From assembly GCF_006345805.1 (NCBI RefSeq), contig NC_043005.1:81902001-81966000 (forward strand): 64,000 nt of DNA. The letters are read 5' to 3'. The notes under the pieces are model-generated. The model did not search any database, was not told the DNA's origin, and saw nothing but the letters and a program-made list of their open reading frames with translations. Shown here piece by piece: positions 12,926 through 23,990 of this stretch (the stretch's first letter is position 1; each line of letters begins with the position of its first letter). The position numbers and the translations under genes are program-made. This DNA comes from Octopus sinensis. Taxonomy: Eukaryota.

Positions 12926-13420
12926 TATTCTTTTATTCTAGTTTCAGCCAAAGAGTGAGGCCATGATGGATCACTGCCTATCAATCTGTTTGGGTCTCCT
13001 CAACTGTACTGTTTTTGATGAGGAAGCGAGTTGAAGGGGGCTGTTCTTGTTTGTGCTTCTTGTGGCGAAATGGGTTCATCTAGGATTTCTGGAATTTGTC
13101 GACAATCTTTTGGAAGGTCTCAACATCGACACCTCCCAAATTTCTGAGACTGCTTCGCAGAATGTTAAACACATGCAATACTGTGTCTTAAGTCGATATG
13201 GAGAAGACGGGACCTTTGGTAGTATGCAGTGCCGTCTAGTTCGTTGGTTGCTATACTTTTCCAAATTTGGGAGATTTAAATTCCAGGATCTTCCATGTCT
13301 AAATCATTGCATGTCTTTCCCGCCTTCTTTCCAAGCAGTAGAGCTTCATAATTTCTAGTCTCTCTCTTGCTCATCTGTTTCACCTAGCCAATCTTCGTTG
13401 TGTAGTTGCGCTGGGCCACT
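12926..13420 (-). mobile_element. CR1-group LINE 3' fragment
   Basis: Minus-strand KLYCLERRRERHAMI*TWKILE...VFNILRSSLRNLGGVDVETFQKIVDKF...RTAPSNSLPHQ (frameshifted), followed by a 3' tail. Confidence 0.8.
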
Positions 13421-13477
13421 GGTAGTAATCTATATCATTACACTTTTGATTATATATAGATATATATATATAGATAT

Positions 13478-13508
<31 letters not shown>

Positions 13509-13522
13509 CCACATATACATTT

Positions 13523-13868
13523 AAGGGTAAAGACCCCCTTCGGTCATGAGTGACCATGGGTTTGCACCTAGAGAGTTACCCTCTGAGGCACAAGTCTGGG
13601 CAAGGTTGTTTTTTTATGGAAGACCAGTAGTCGCCCATGCATACCGGCCTCCCCTCTCCACGCCACCAGTGTTATCCAAGGGAAAGACAAAGGTCGATAC
13701 AGCTTGGCACCTGTGACGTCGCAACTCATTTCTACAGCTGAGTGAACTGGAGCAATGTGAAATAAAGTGTCTTGCTCAAGAACACAACACGCAGCCCGGT
13801 CCGGGATTCGAGCTCACAACCTCACGATCGTAAGCTCGACGCTCTAACCACTGAGCCATGCGACTTCA
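13523..13868 (-). mobile_element. tRNA(Arg)-like SINE, head C + tail T2 (possibly RTE-derived)
   Basis: Minus strand ggctcagtggttagagcgtcgagcttACGatcgtgaggttgtgagctcgaatccc; CORE-like ttcttgagcaagacactttatttcac; distinct tail ending gaccgaagggggtctttaccctt. Confidence 0.85.
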
Positions 13869-14845
13869 TATACATTTATACACATATTATATATATATAC
13901 GATTTCTGTAACAGAATGCAGTAAAGTGTTACCGTGACGATCCATTTGCACCTGAGGATCCAAATGCAATGGTGAAACATATGTAGCAACTAAGTATTTA
14001 TACGTCATTGATCTTAATTTCCCAAACTCCATGATATGTGTGTTTCTGCGTGTGGATGAGTCTGCGTTTGTGTTGATACGTAGGTACATACGTAGATACG
14101 CATTGCATACACACAAACACATGCACTCCTTATAATATGCAACGTATTTCATCCATCTACGCTCATTTATTTGAGCGTTAGTCAAGTAAAATATGTACGT
14201 CAAATATTTACGTATATATATATGTGTGATTGTGTGTCTGTGTTTGTGTGTGTGTATTTATATATATATATATATATATCCATAAAATTAAGTGTTCCAC
14301 TCATAGATATTAATTCTCATTTCCTTAATGTATTTAACCGTAAGTGTATTTTGAAAATAATGAAATAAAGTTACGATAAAAAAAAGTATACGTTCATAAA
14401 TGTAAAGAATAAAAAAAACATAATGGATATTTCAATTATTACGAAAACAGTTTAAATAACCATAAATACTTCGAAAATTTCCGCTAAGTGAATTTTTAAG
14501 CGTTTTCAGTATAAGAAACACTCATTATATTGAAAAACGAGAAGAATGCTATTATTGATATTAATGGTTTTGCAAATATCCTGTGCAGGTTGATTATTAT
14601 GTAGGAACAAAATCTTTATAACATGTATAGAAAAACATCTGTTTTCTATAATGTTTTGACATAATACGTAAAAGTTTTAACAACGGATAATTCCATGATA
14701 ATTCATAACTACGATGCACATGCCGTGTAATGAACAACACAAATCAGTTTTAATTTTAAGAATAAATAATTAATCATTCAAATCATTGAGAAGCATGTAT
14801 AAGCATATATACACGTATACTATTCGCTTATATATGTGTATATAT

Positions 14846-14943
14846 ATATATATGCATGAATATATATATAATTATATATATATATAAACATATATGCATG
14901 AATATATATATATTATATATATAATATATATATTATATATGCA

Positions 14944-14992
<49 letters not shown>

Positions 14993-15107
14993 TTATATAT
15001 CTGTGTGTGTAGTGCACGTGTGCATTATAGATATGGATTATACATTTATGTATGTGTATGGGATACGCTTCCTATGATAACAATCATACCAATGTTAACT
15101 TATTGAT
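14846..15107. repeat. Left arm of inverted repeat flanking PLE 1
   Basis: Reverse complement matches 18404-18682, including about 110 bp of non-microsatellite sequence. Confidence 0.9.
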
Positions 15108-15109
15108 AC

Positions 15110-17310
15110 GCATTTCTATTCCACCCACCCCTTCTCCACTTCCGTCTGTTGTTACCATTCCCCCCGATCTTCCCCTCTCTGCGGCTGAACGCTCCGTCCT
15201 TGGTAGGGGTCTGCGTTTCATCCCACTCACTCCATCCTGTAAGGAATTCCAGACGCGAGTTGATGTCCACAGCTTTGTGCGCCGTGTCCGGTTGGGTGCG
15301 CATTACCACGACTCGCCACCCACACCCCACGAAGAGGACGACTGCTTCACTGGCCTGGGCCGCCGACCATCCCCGTGGACGCCTGCCCCTGGCCAGATCC
15401 TAGCAGTGGATCTTTTCGCGGGCGCTTGTCAGCGTGCATTGGAGCGGTTCAACTTCTCCAGGCGCCAACGCCGCCTCAACATCCTCGGCTGAGCTCTTGG
15501 CTCTTCGTTCCCTCCAGCGGCGCGCTGACATTATCATCAAACCGGCTGACAAGGGTGGAGCTGTAGTGGTGTGGCGCGCGGACCTCTATAGGGCCGAGGC
15601 TTTCCGCGCCACTCAATGACACCTCCTTCTATTCCCCTCTGCCCTCTAACCCCACACGTAGCTACCAACAGACGGTATCCTCTACTGTCCAAGACCTCAT
15701 CTCGTCCTCCCGTCTCCCCCGCACCGCATCCAACCTAATTGTGCGAACCCCACGTACCCCCACCATTTACTTCCTCCCCAAAATCCACAAACCCAACAAC
15801 CCTGGCCGCCCCATCGTCTCTGCCTGTAACTGCCCCACGGAGCTCATCTCTAAATACCTCGACCGTGTCCTTGCCCCCCTAGTGGCATCTCTTCCCTCCC
15901 ACATCCACGATACCAACCATGCTCTCCGGCTTTTCAACTCTTTCTCTTTCTTTCCTCCCGGCTCCTCCAAAATCCTTTTTACTATGGACATCCAAAGCCT
16001 CTATACTGTTATCCCTCACCACGAAGGACTGCAGGCCCTTCGACACTTTCTTGACCTCCGCTCTAACCCTGTACCTGACACCTCCACACTCATTCGTCTG
16101 GCCGAACTTGTCCTTACTCTGAACTGCTTCTCGTTCGCGGGCGAGTTCTACCATCAGGTCTCGGGAGTGGCCATGGGAACGCGAATGGGCCCCAACTATG
16201 CGAACCTGTTCGTTGGCTATGTTGAGGCCCAAATATTCTCTAATTTCACGGTCCCACTCCTGAACTATATGGTCGTTATATTGACGACATTATCGGTGCC
16301 ACCTCACTCTCCCGCGAACATCTAGATTCCTTCCTCTCTTTCGTCCAATCTTTCCATCCAGCCCTCCACTTCACTTCCACTATCTCCAACACCTCTGTCT
16401 CCTTCCTCGACATTTCGGTTAGCATTCTTCACTCCACTCTTACCACCTCCATTCACTACAAACACACAGACTCACACTCATACCTCAACTTCTCTTCCTC
16501 CCACCCAGACACACCAAGCTTCCATCCCCTATTCCCAATTCCTCCGTCTACGTAGGCTCTGTAGTGACGACCATGACTTTGAGACTCAGTCTCAACGTAT
16601 GGCTCACCACTTCACCCTACGTGGATACCCCCTCACCACTATCCACACCGCCCTTGCCAGAGCACGGTCCGTGGACCGTGTATCTGCTCTCTCCCCCGAA
16701 CCCGCCCTGTAGTCTCTCCCCTCCCTTTTCCTCTCACTTACCACCCCACGACCCTACGTCTCCAACGCACCATTCTTCGAGCTTTCCGTCATCTCCAGTC
16801 CGACCCGTCCACTTCACACCTCTTCCCTAACCGACCCCTCCCCTCTTTCAAACGAGCCCACAACCTTCGAGACCTTTGGTCCATAGCTCCTTCCCTGACC
16901 CTACCTCCCAACCCGGCTCGTTCCCCTGCTCCCGCCCACGTTGCCGCACTTGCCCTTACCTCTCCAACACCACCCCTCACTAGCACCCACCATCGACCCT
17001 ATCCCATCATCCACTCCTTCACCTGCACCTCCAGCATATTATCTATTGCAATCTCTTGCTCTCTCTGCAATTCCTTGTACATCGGACAAACGGGACGCCG
17101 CTTGGCTGACCGGTTCGCGGAACACCTTCGTGACATCCACCTTGCGAACGACACACCGGTCTCACGCCATTTCCGCTCCACCGGTCACTCCTTGCACACC
17201 TATCTGTGTTCGGTTTGTCCTTACACAGAGGCCATCCGGATTCCCGTTTGCGCCGTGAACAGGAATTAATCTTCTCTCTTCGCTCTTATACGCCATTTGG
17301 TCTCAACTCT
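15110..17310 (+). pseudogene. PLE RT / GIY-YIG endonuclease polyprotein (frameshifted in this assembly)
   Basis: LSAAERSVLGRGLRFIP; IIIKPADKGGAVVVW; YFLPKIHKPNNPGRPIVS; MDIQSLYT; GVAMGTRMGPNYANLFVG; RYIDD (YIDD 16277-16288); CSRPRCRTC; IIYCISC..C..LYIGQTGRRLADRFAEH; RREQELIFSLRSYTPFGLN. Confidence 0.93.
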
Positions 17311-17650
17311 CCCCCCTCCTCATCTAACCTCACCCCCCTCCTCACCTATCCTTTCTCCCCCGACCCCTACTTCTTCAGTCCTTCATCCTTTCACCCCTAC
17401 TCCCCTTCCATTCTTCCCTCTTTCTCTCCCCCCCTCTTCCCCTTCCCTCTGCTCCCTCACTCCCTCTCTCCCTCTCCCCTCTCTCCCCCTCTCCCTCTTT
17501 TTCCTCCTTCATCCCCCTCATCCCCTTCCTTCTCCCCCATCCTCTCCTCTCCCCCTCTCTCTCCTCCCCCTCTTCTTCCCCTCCCCTTCTCTTCTCCCCC
17601 CTATTCTCTCCCCCTCCCCCCTCTTCTCCCCCTCCCCCCTCTTCTCCTCA
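17311..17650. repeat. Polypyrimidine (C/T) tract
   Basis: About 340 nt almost devoid of purines on the + strand. Confidence 0.9.
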
Positions 17651-17690
17651 CTACACCACATGACTTTACACATCACATCACATATGATGT

Positions 17691-17936
17691 GCCATACTAA
17701 TACACACACCAACTAATACATACTAATACGTACTAATACATACTAGTACATACTAATACTTACACCAACCCTATACATACACACGTCCAGACCCCGCATA
17801 CGCACTTATACTCTCTCACACACACACACACACCTATACATACCAATACGTACTAATACATACTAATACATACTAATACATACACCAACCCCATACATAC
17901 GCACGTCCAGACCAATCTTACGCACTAATACTCTCT

Positions 17937-17971
<35 letters not shown>

Positions 17972-18040
17972 GTATACATACTAATACATACACCAACCCT
18001 ATACATACACACATCCAGACCCCTCCCACGCACTTTTAGC
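17691..18040. repeat. Nested minisatellite: (TACTAATACA)n within about three 70-140-bp higher-order units
   Basis: caccaaccc(t/c)atacatac..c(a)tccagacc..cgcact recurs at ~17763, ~17883, ~17990. Confidence 0.85.
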
Positions 18041-18206
18041 TGGTCACTCAACCCCTTTATCAACCCTATTATCTCCCCTTATTTCGCTCTCGCGTCTCAT
18101 GTTTGATCTTTGACCTCTGGCCGAAATCAGATCGCCATGTTAATTCGTTAGCTACTGCACGCATTTTTTTTCTCTCCTTCTTTCTGTGTTTTTCTCTCTC
18201 TGTGTA

Positions 18207-18244
18207 TCTTTCTGTTGAAGAGCGTAGGCTCGAAACGTTAAAGA
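18207..18244 (+). ncRNA. Minimal type I hammerhead ribozyme, family H1 (A6U core variant)
   Basis: tcttt-CTGTTGA-A-GAGC-gtag-GCTC-GAA-ACGT-T-aaaga: helix I tcttt/aaaga, 4-bp helix II, palindromic ACGT helix III, GUU site. Confidence 0.8.
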
Positions 18245-18341
18245 CTTGTTTTATTTATATTTCCTGAGCGCCATACTAATACAATTGTTCGTTTGTCTTC
18301 CACCTGCCTTCGTCTTTTGTTTATTTTCATAAAGCTTCACG

Positions 18342-18400
<59 letters not shown>

Positions 18401-18403
18401 CCG

Positions 18404-18682
18404 ATCAATAAGTTAACATTGGTATGATTGTTATCATAGGAAGCGTATCCCATACACATACATAAATGTATAATCCATATCTATAATGCACACGTGCACC
18501 TACACCACAGATATATAAAGATATATATATATAATATATATATATTCACATGCATATATAATTATATATATATATAAATATATATATATTCATGCATATA
18601 TAATTATATATATATATATAAATATATATATATTCATGCATATATGTTTATATATATATAATAATTATATATATATTCATGC
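18404..18682. repeat. Right arm of inverted repeat flanking PLE 1
   Basis: atcaataagttaacattggtatgattgttatcataggaagcgtatcc... is the reverse complement of the sequence ending at 15107. Confidence 0.9.
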
Positions 18683-18786
18683 AATATAATTATTATATAT
18701 ATATAAATATTATATATTCATGCAGATATGTTATATATTATATAATTATATATATATTCATGCATATAAATTATATCTATATATAT

Positions 18787-18821
<35 letters not shown>

Positions 18822-18995
18822 TATTCATGCATATATAATTATATATATATATATATAATATATATATTCATGCCATATATAATTATATTATATAATATAT
18901 ATATTCATGCATATATAATTATATATATATATATAATATATATATTCATGCATATATAATTATATATATATATATATATATTCATGCATATAAAT

Positions 18996-19031
<36 letters not shown>

Positions 19032-19445
19032 CATGCATATAAATTATATATATATATATATAATATATTGTTATATATATATTCATGCATATATAATTAT
19101 ATATATATATTCATGCAATATAATTATATATATATATATAAATATATTATATATATGTATTATATATATATATATCCATGCATATATAATTATATATATA
19201 TATATAAATAAATACTAAGCATAAGGGTTTAGCAACGAGTTGCCTTACCACATACCGATTTAGAAATAGCAGTCAAAGGGTTATAGCTATTTCTTCTACT
19301 AAAAAGGGAGATCTCAGTAAAAACAGCATTTGAAGGCAGACAAACAGTAAGAGAGAATGAATTGACTGCAATCTATCATACATTTTTTAGTTATCCACGG
19401 ACGTACTTTCGAAATCAAGTTTTAAGGAAAGCATAAGAACTATAA

Positions 19446-19487
<42 letters not shown>

Positions 19488-19617
19488 CATGCATATAAAT
19501 TATATATATATATATAATAAATATTATATTATATTATATATATATATATATTCATGCATATATAATTATATATATATATAATTCATGCATATATAATTAT
19601 AATTATATATAAATAAA

Positions 19618-19658
<41 letters not shown>

Positions 19659-19806
19659 TGCATATATAATTATAATATATATATATTCCTGCATATATAA
19701 TTATAATTATATATAAATGAATATATATATATATATATATTATATATTCTCATGCATATATAATATATATATATATATATATTATAATATATATATTCAT
19801 GCATAT

Positions 19807-19855
<49 letters not shown>
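18545..19855. repeat. (TA)-rich minisatellite with ttcatgcat anchor (two blocks split by ~240 bp of unique sequence at 19210-19450)
   Basis: Dozens of ttcatgcatatataattatata... units. Confidence 0.9.
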
Positions 19856-19856
<1 letters not shown>

Positions 19857-20267
19857 TTATAATAAGTGTAGGTCGTATACGAGTGGGCATATATTTATAA
19901 AAAGAAGTTTGAAATCGCCACTATATACGATAACTTTAATTTTCTTAGAAATTTTACGTTTCAGTTCTTCTTGAAAAAACGACCTTATCAAAATATTTTA
20001 AAAGTTAAGTGTAATAAAAAAGTTCAGAATTTATTCTTACTAGTCTTAACCGAATCCACATGGTGGTTTTTTGTGGGGAGGAAGCATAATAGCTGTCTTA
20101 CGTGTTGTCTAAATTAGGGAAATGATATACTTATATATATATACATATATATATAATGTAATAATTTTATATAATGTAATAATTTGAATTCGCCTTGAAT
20201 GGTCCCTTTGCACTGACACTTGGTGAATTGATTATAATTAATTAATTTTGCCCTCAATTGTTGAAAT

Positions 20268-20319
<52 letters not shown>

Positions 20320-20323
<4 letters not shown>

Positions 20324-20494
20324 TTCTCTCCTTGTTTCTCTCCGTGTTTCTTTTCTGTGTATCTTTCTGTTGAAGGGTGTAGGCTCGAACGTAAAAGACT
20401 TGTTTTATTTATATTCCTGAGCGCCATACTAATACAATTGTTTGTTTGTATTCCACCTGCCTTCGTCTTTTGTTTATTTTCATAAAGCTTCCCG

Positions 20495-20497
<3 letters not shown>
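20320..20497 (+). mobile_element. Short H1 element (PLE 1 3'-end derivative) inserted in (TA)n, with degenerate HHR at 20362-20398
   Basis: Aligns with 18170-18345; CTGTTGAAGGGTGTAGGCTCGAACGTA has helix II changes and a GAAA deletion. Confidence 0.85.
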
Positions 20498-20537
<40 letters not shown>

Positions 20538-20649
20538 CATATGCATATACATATATAGGCTGTTTGTAATGTAACGCCACACACTAGAGCATTAAGGAAT
20601 ATATATATTTGACCACAGTGAATTCTGATTTTTACTCATATACTGTTAG

Positions 20650-20880
20650 AATACAATCAGTGAATTAAACGAAAATTCATAATAAAGAGATTTTCGTATT
20701 ATATGAAGCACGATCGAACGGCTGAGGGGATGTGCACCCGACAATCTTTCCGCTTCTGCTGCCTTATTCGTTGCGTAGTAGTTTTTCACAATATTAACAC
20801 GGTTTTGTAAGGTAACTCGCGCGGCCATTTCACAACGGTAAAAGCGACTGATTGAACACAACTTGAATTTTTAATTCACG
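20650..20880 (-). mobile_element. Tc1/mariner transposase N-terminal remnant
   Basis: MAARVTLQNRVNIVKNYY...AEAER...PLSRSIVLHIIRK resembles an HTH N-terminus. Confidence 0.55.
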
Positions 20881-21599
20881 CAATAAAATGGATTTTGAAA
20901 AATTCAAAAGTCTAATAATGACCTCACCATTAAATACAGATACATCTAAAAAGTTTTCCAGTCGTGATATACTCTCTTCATTTCTTTCTGTCCCATTGAT
21001 CTTTGAGTTATTGATCGAAAGACTCTAATGCCGATGTGTTGCGTTGTATGTATGCCTGCCTGTCTGTGTGTCTGTCTGTCTAGAAGGTGATGTGTCGACT
21101 GGACTTCTGCTGCACTACAGAAACTGGAATATTTTCAAAATCATGTAATACGACTTATTATTAACACCAATCTCTCAGGCCATGTCTGAATTGAATATCA
21201 AAGGCAAATAACCAGATCAACAATAATGACATTTGTTATAAAACATAGTATAATCCGACTGCTTGGCCACAGTAAGCGAATAGTTTGTGGCGTCAATAAA
21301 GAAAATCCATTAACCATGCATTCTCTTAGGAATTCATAGTTAACGGAAAAAAGAAACAAAGATCGGCATAATTTCTCTGAACGCTGTTGCCAAATATGGT
21401 ATACCACAGAAGGAAATATCTCACGATAGTGCGCATACTGAGTTTGGAGGATTTTCTGAATTCGAAATTTTGTTTGCCAGGGGGAATAATTGGCAACGAT
21501 GGTATTTTTCAATAAAGGGGAAGTAAATCCCGTATTTTTTTATGTTGGTCTGCATTTTATTCTTACAATAGTTGTGGTAAGTCTTTAATTTTCAATATG

Positions 21600-22085
21600 G
21601 TTTTATATTTAATTCCGGCTTATATTTTTGATAAATGATGCCTCTTTATTTCGTCTTTCGTCGTCCTTGCGTTGAGGTCCAAATAGCAAATTCATATAAT
21701 GGAAAGATTAGGAATTTTCGTTGCAGTTCTTCAGCACATCTGTCAATGTGCTCACCGAGATACTCGTGATATTTTGAGGATATATATGTAGTCTGTGGAC
21801 TATACACCTCAGTTTGACCGACATTCCTCTCATGCCTATATAGTTTTTTTTATGACAGCCCCAGCATCACGTTACATAAATGAGGTTTTCAGAAGTACAA
21901 GTGAAGTTGGATTTAAATTTGAATTTTTGACTTGTCTAAAATGGAATTTTGATCCTCCAAAAAGATTAGCACATGTTCCGCAGTTAGGACAATCACACTT
22001 TTTTGCATCCATGATTCTTGTGTATAATTTAGCATATGTGAGGATTTTTTTAAATGCCTTTGGTTGCTTACCACCGTACATCCTA
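21600..22085 (-). mobile_element. Decayed PLE fragment, same group as PLE 2
   Basis: KQPKAFKKILTYAKL..KKCDCPNCGTCANL / SNFTCTSENLIYV*CWGCH..YIG / EHIDRCAEE..FLIFPLY..QKYKPELN aligns with the protein at 32130-32650. Confidence 0.85.
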
Positions 22086-22184
22086 CATCACATATATTCA
22101 AATCACCCACCATACATTCTAGCTTCCATATATTCAATCGCTCACCTTACTTTCTTCCTTATAGATATATATTTTTTACTCTTT

Positions 22185-23010
22185 TACTTGTTTCAGTCAT
22201 TTCACTGTGGTCATGCTGGAGCACCACCTTTAGTCGAGCAAATCGAGCCCAAGACATATTTTTTGTAAGCATAGTACACCAGCATCGGGGGGGGGCAAAC
22301 AAAGACACACTTATTCTATCGGTCACTTTTGCCGAACCGCTAAGTGACGGGGACGTAAACGCACCAGCATCGGTTGTCAAGCAATGCTAGGGGGACAAAC
22401 ACAGACACACAAACACACATATATATATACACATATACGACAGGCTTCTTTCAGTTTCTGTCTACCAAATCCACTCACAAGGCATTGGTCGGCCCGGGGC
22501 TATAGCAGAAGACACTTGCCCAAGATACCTCGCAGTGGGACTGAACCCGCAACCATGTGGTTGGTTAGCAAGCTACTTACCACACAGCCACTGCTGCGCC
22601 TATATACTATTTATTATTTTACTTGTTTCAGTCATTTGACTGTGGCCATGCTGGAGCACCGCCTTTTAGCCGAGTAAATCGACCCCAGGACTTATTCTTT
22701 AGAAGCCTAGTACTTATTCTATTGGTCTCTTTTGCCGAAACGCTAAGTTACGGTGACGTAAACACACCACCATCGGTTGTCAAGCGATGTTGGGAGGACA
22801 AACGCAGACACACAAACACATACATACATATATATATATATATATACATATATACGACGGGCCTCTTTCAGTTTCCGTCTACTAAATCCACTCACAAGGC
22901 TTTGGTCGGCCCGAAGCTATAGTAGAAGACACTCGTCCAAGGTGCCACGCAGTGGGACTGAACCCGGGACCATGTTGTTGGTAAGCAAGCTACTTACCAC
23001 ACAGCCACTC
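22185..23010 (-). mobile_element. Two head-to-tail full-length SINE family B copies
   Basis: ~22185-22600 and ~22610-23015; both have a tRNA-like head, CORE-like ttgggcaagtgtcttc, an internal microsatellite and the tail. Confidence 0.95.
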
Positions 23011-23619
23011 CTATTCCTATATATACAATATAAATATATAAGAGTGTGCGTGTATGTGTGTGCATGTGCGTGAGCGTGTGAGAGCGTGTATGTGTGCCTG
23101 TGCATGTTTGTACGCGTGAAAAAGTGTCTGCATATACATACATCTATGTATGTATATCATTGGCGGGAAATTAATAAATATGTCTTATGATACAAAATAT
23201 GCCGAAGAAGTAATTAGGTCTTCTGTACAATACAAATGAGTTTTGGCGGCAAGGTCAAGCTATCCATAAAATATTTAACCACTCATATACGTGTATCAGT
23301 TTTGTTATTCTCAAACTCAATATATTCCCCAGAAACCTAACTAATTTCATTTAATATATCGTTTTTCATGACGTAAGGGAGCCAAGGTTTTCATATTTCA
23401 CCCCATTGTTCCTTTTTCATTTCAACATTTTACATTTATACACATCAGTACGTCTCTTGCAGTTAATTTGGTTAATATTGTAGCTACATGTATTATTGAT
23501 TTTGGTTTAGCATAATAACTGTATTTTATTGCGTAATACGATTCGAGATTTCCTACTTCGAAATTACAGAATGATATCAGGAGGAGGTTAATGAATTCGA
23601 CTATAAGGATGCATACATA

Positions 23620-23660
23620 CATGTATGTATGTATGTATGTATGTATGCATGCATGCATGC

Positions 23661-23707
<47 letters not shown>

Positions 23708-23990
23708 CATACACACAGATATATAGCTATACATCACTATATACACGTATGCATATATCTGCATGTATGTATATGTATATATATTTTTTCATATATATAT
23801 ATATATATGTGTGTGTATATGTACATATATATATTTATATATGTGTATATATATATATATGTGTGTGTGTGTATACGTATATATATTTATATATGTGTGT
23901 ATATATATATATGTGTGTGTGTGGTATATATATATATATATATATATACGTATCTGCATGTGTGTGTGTGTGAGTGTGTGTGTGTTTGTG
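23620..23990. repeat. Compound (TATG)/(TA)/(TG) microsatellite
   Basis: Direct reading. Confidence 0.95.

Larger units (their letters stand above)
15108..18345 (+). mobile_element. Penelope-like retroelement 1 (Neptune-like), 5'-truncated, near-complete
   Basis: RT + Cys-rich linker + GIY-YIG ORF, long low-complexity 3' region, hammerhead-bearing terminus ending in (TA)n. Confidence 0.93.

Noticed and set aside
13810-13868. tRNA-Arg(ACG)-like sequence (and similar heads at 11750, 30520, 39723)
   Set aside because: These are SINE heads continuing into SINE bodies, without a proper acceptor stem or terminator; not tRNA genes.
17206-17716. Pro/Ser/Leu-rich ORFs
   Set aside because: Only the first ~35 codons are the PLE C-terminus; the rest is the polypyrimidine tract.
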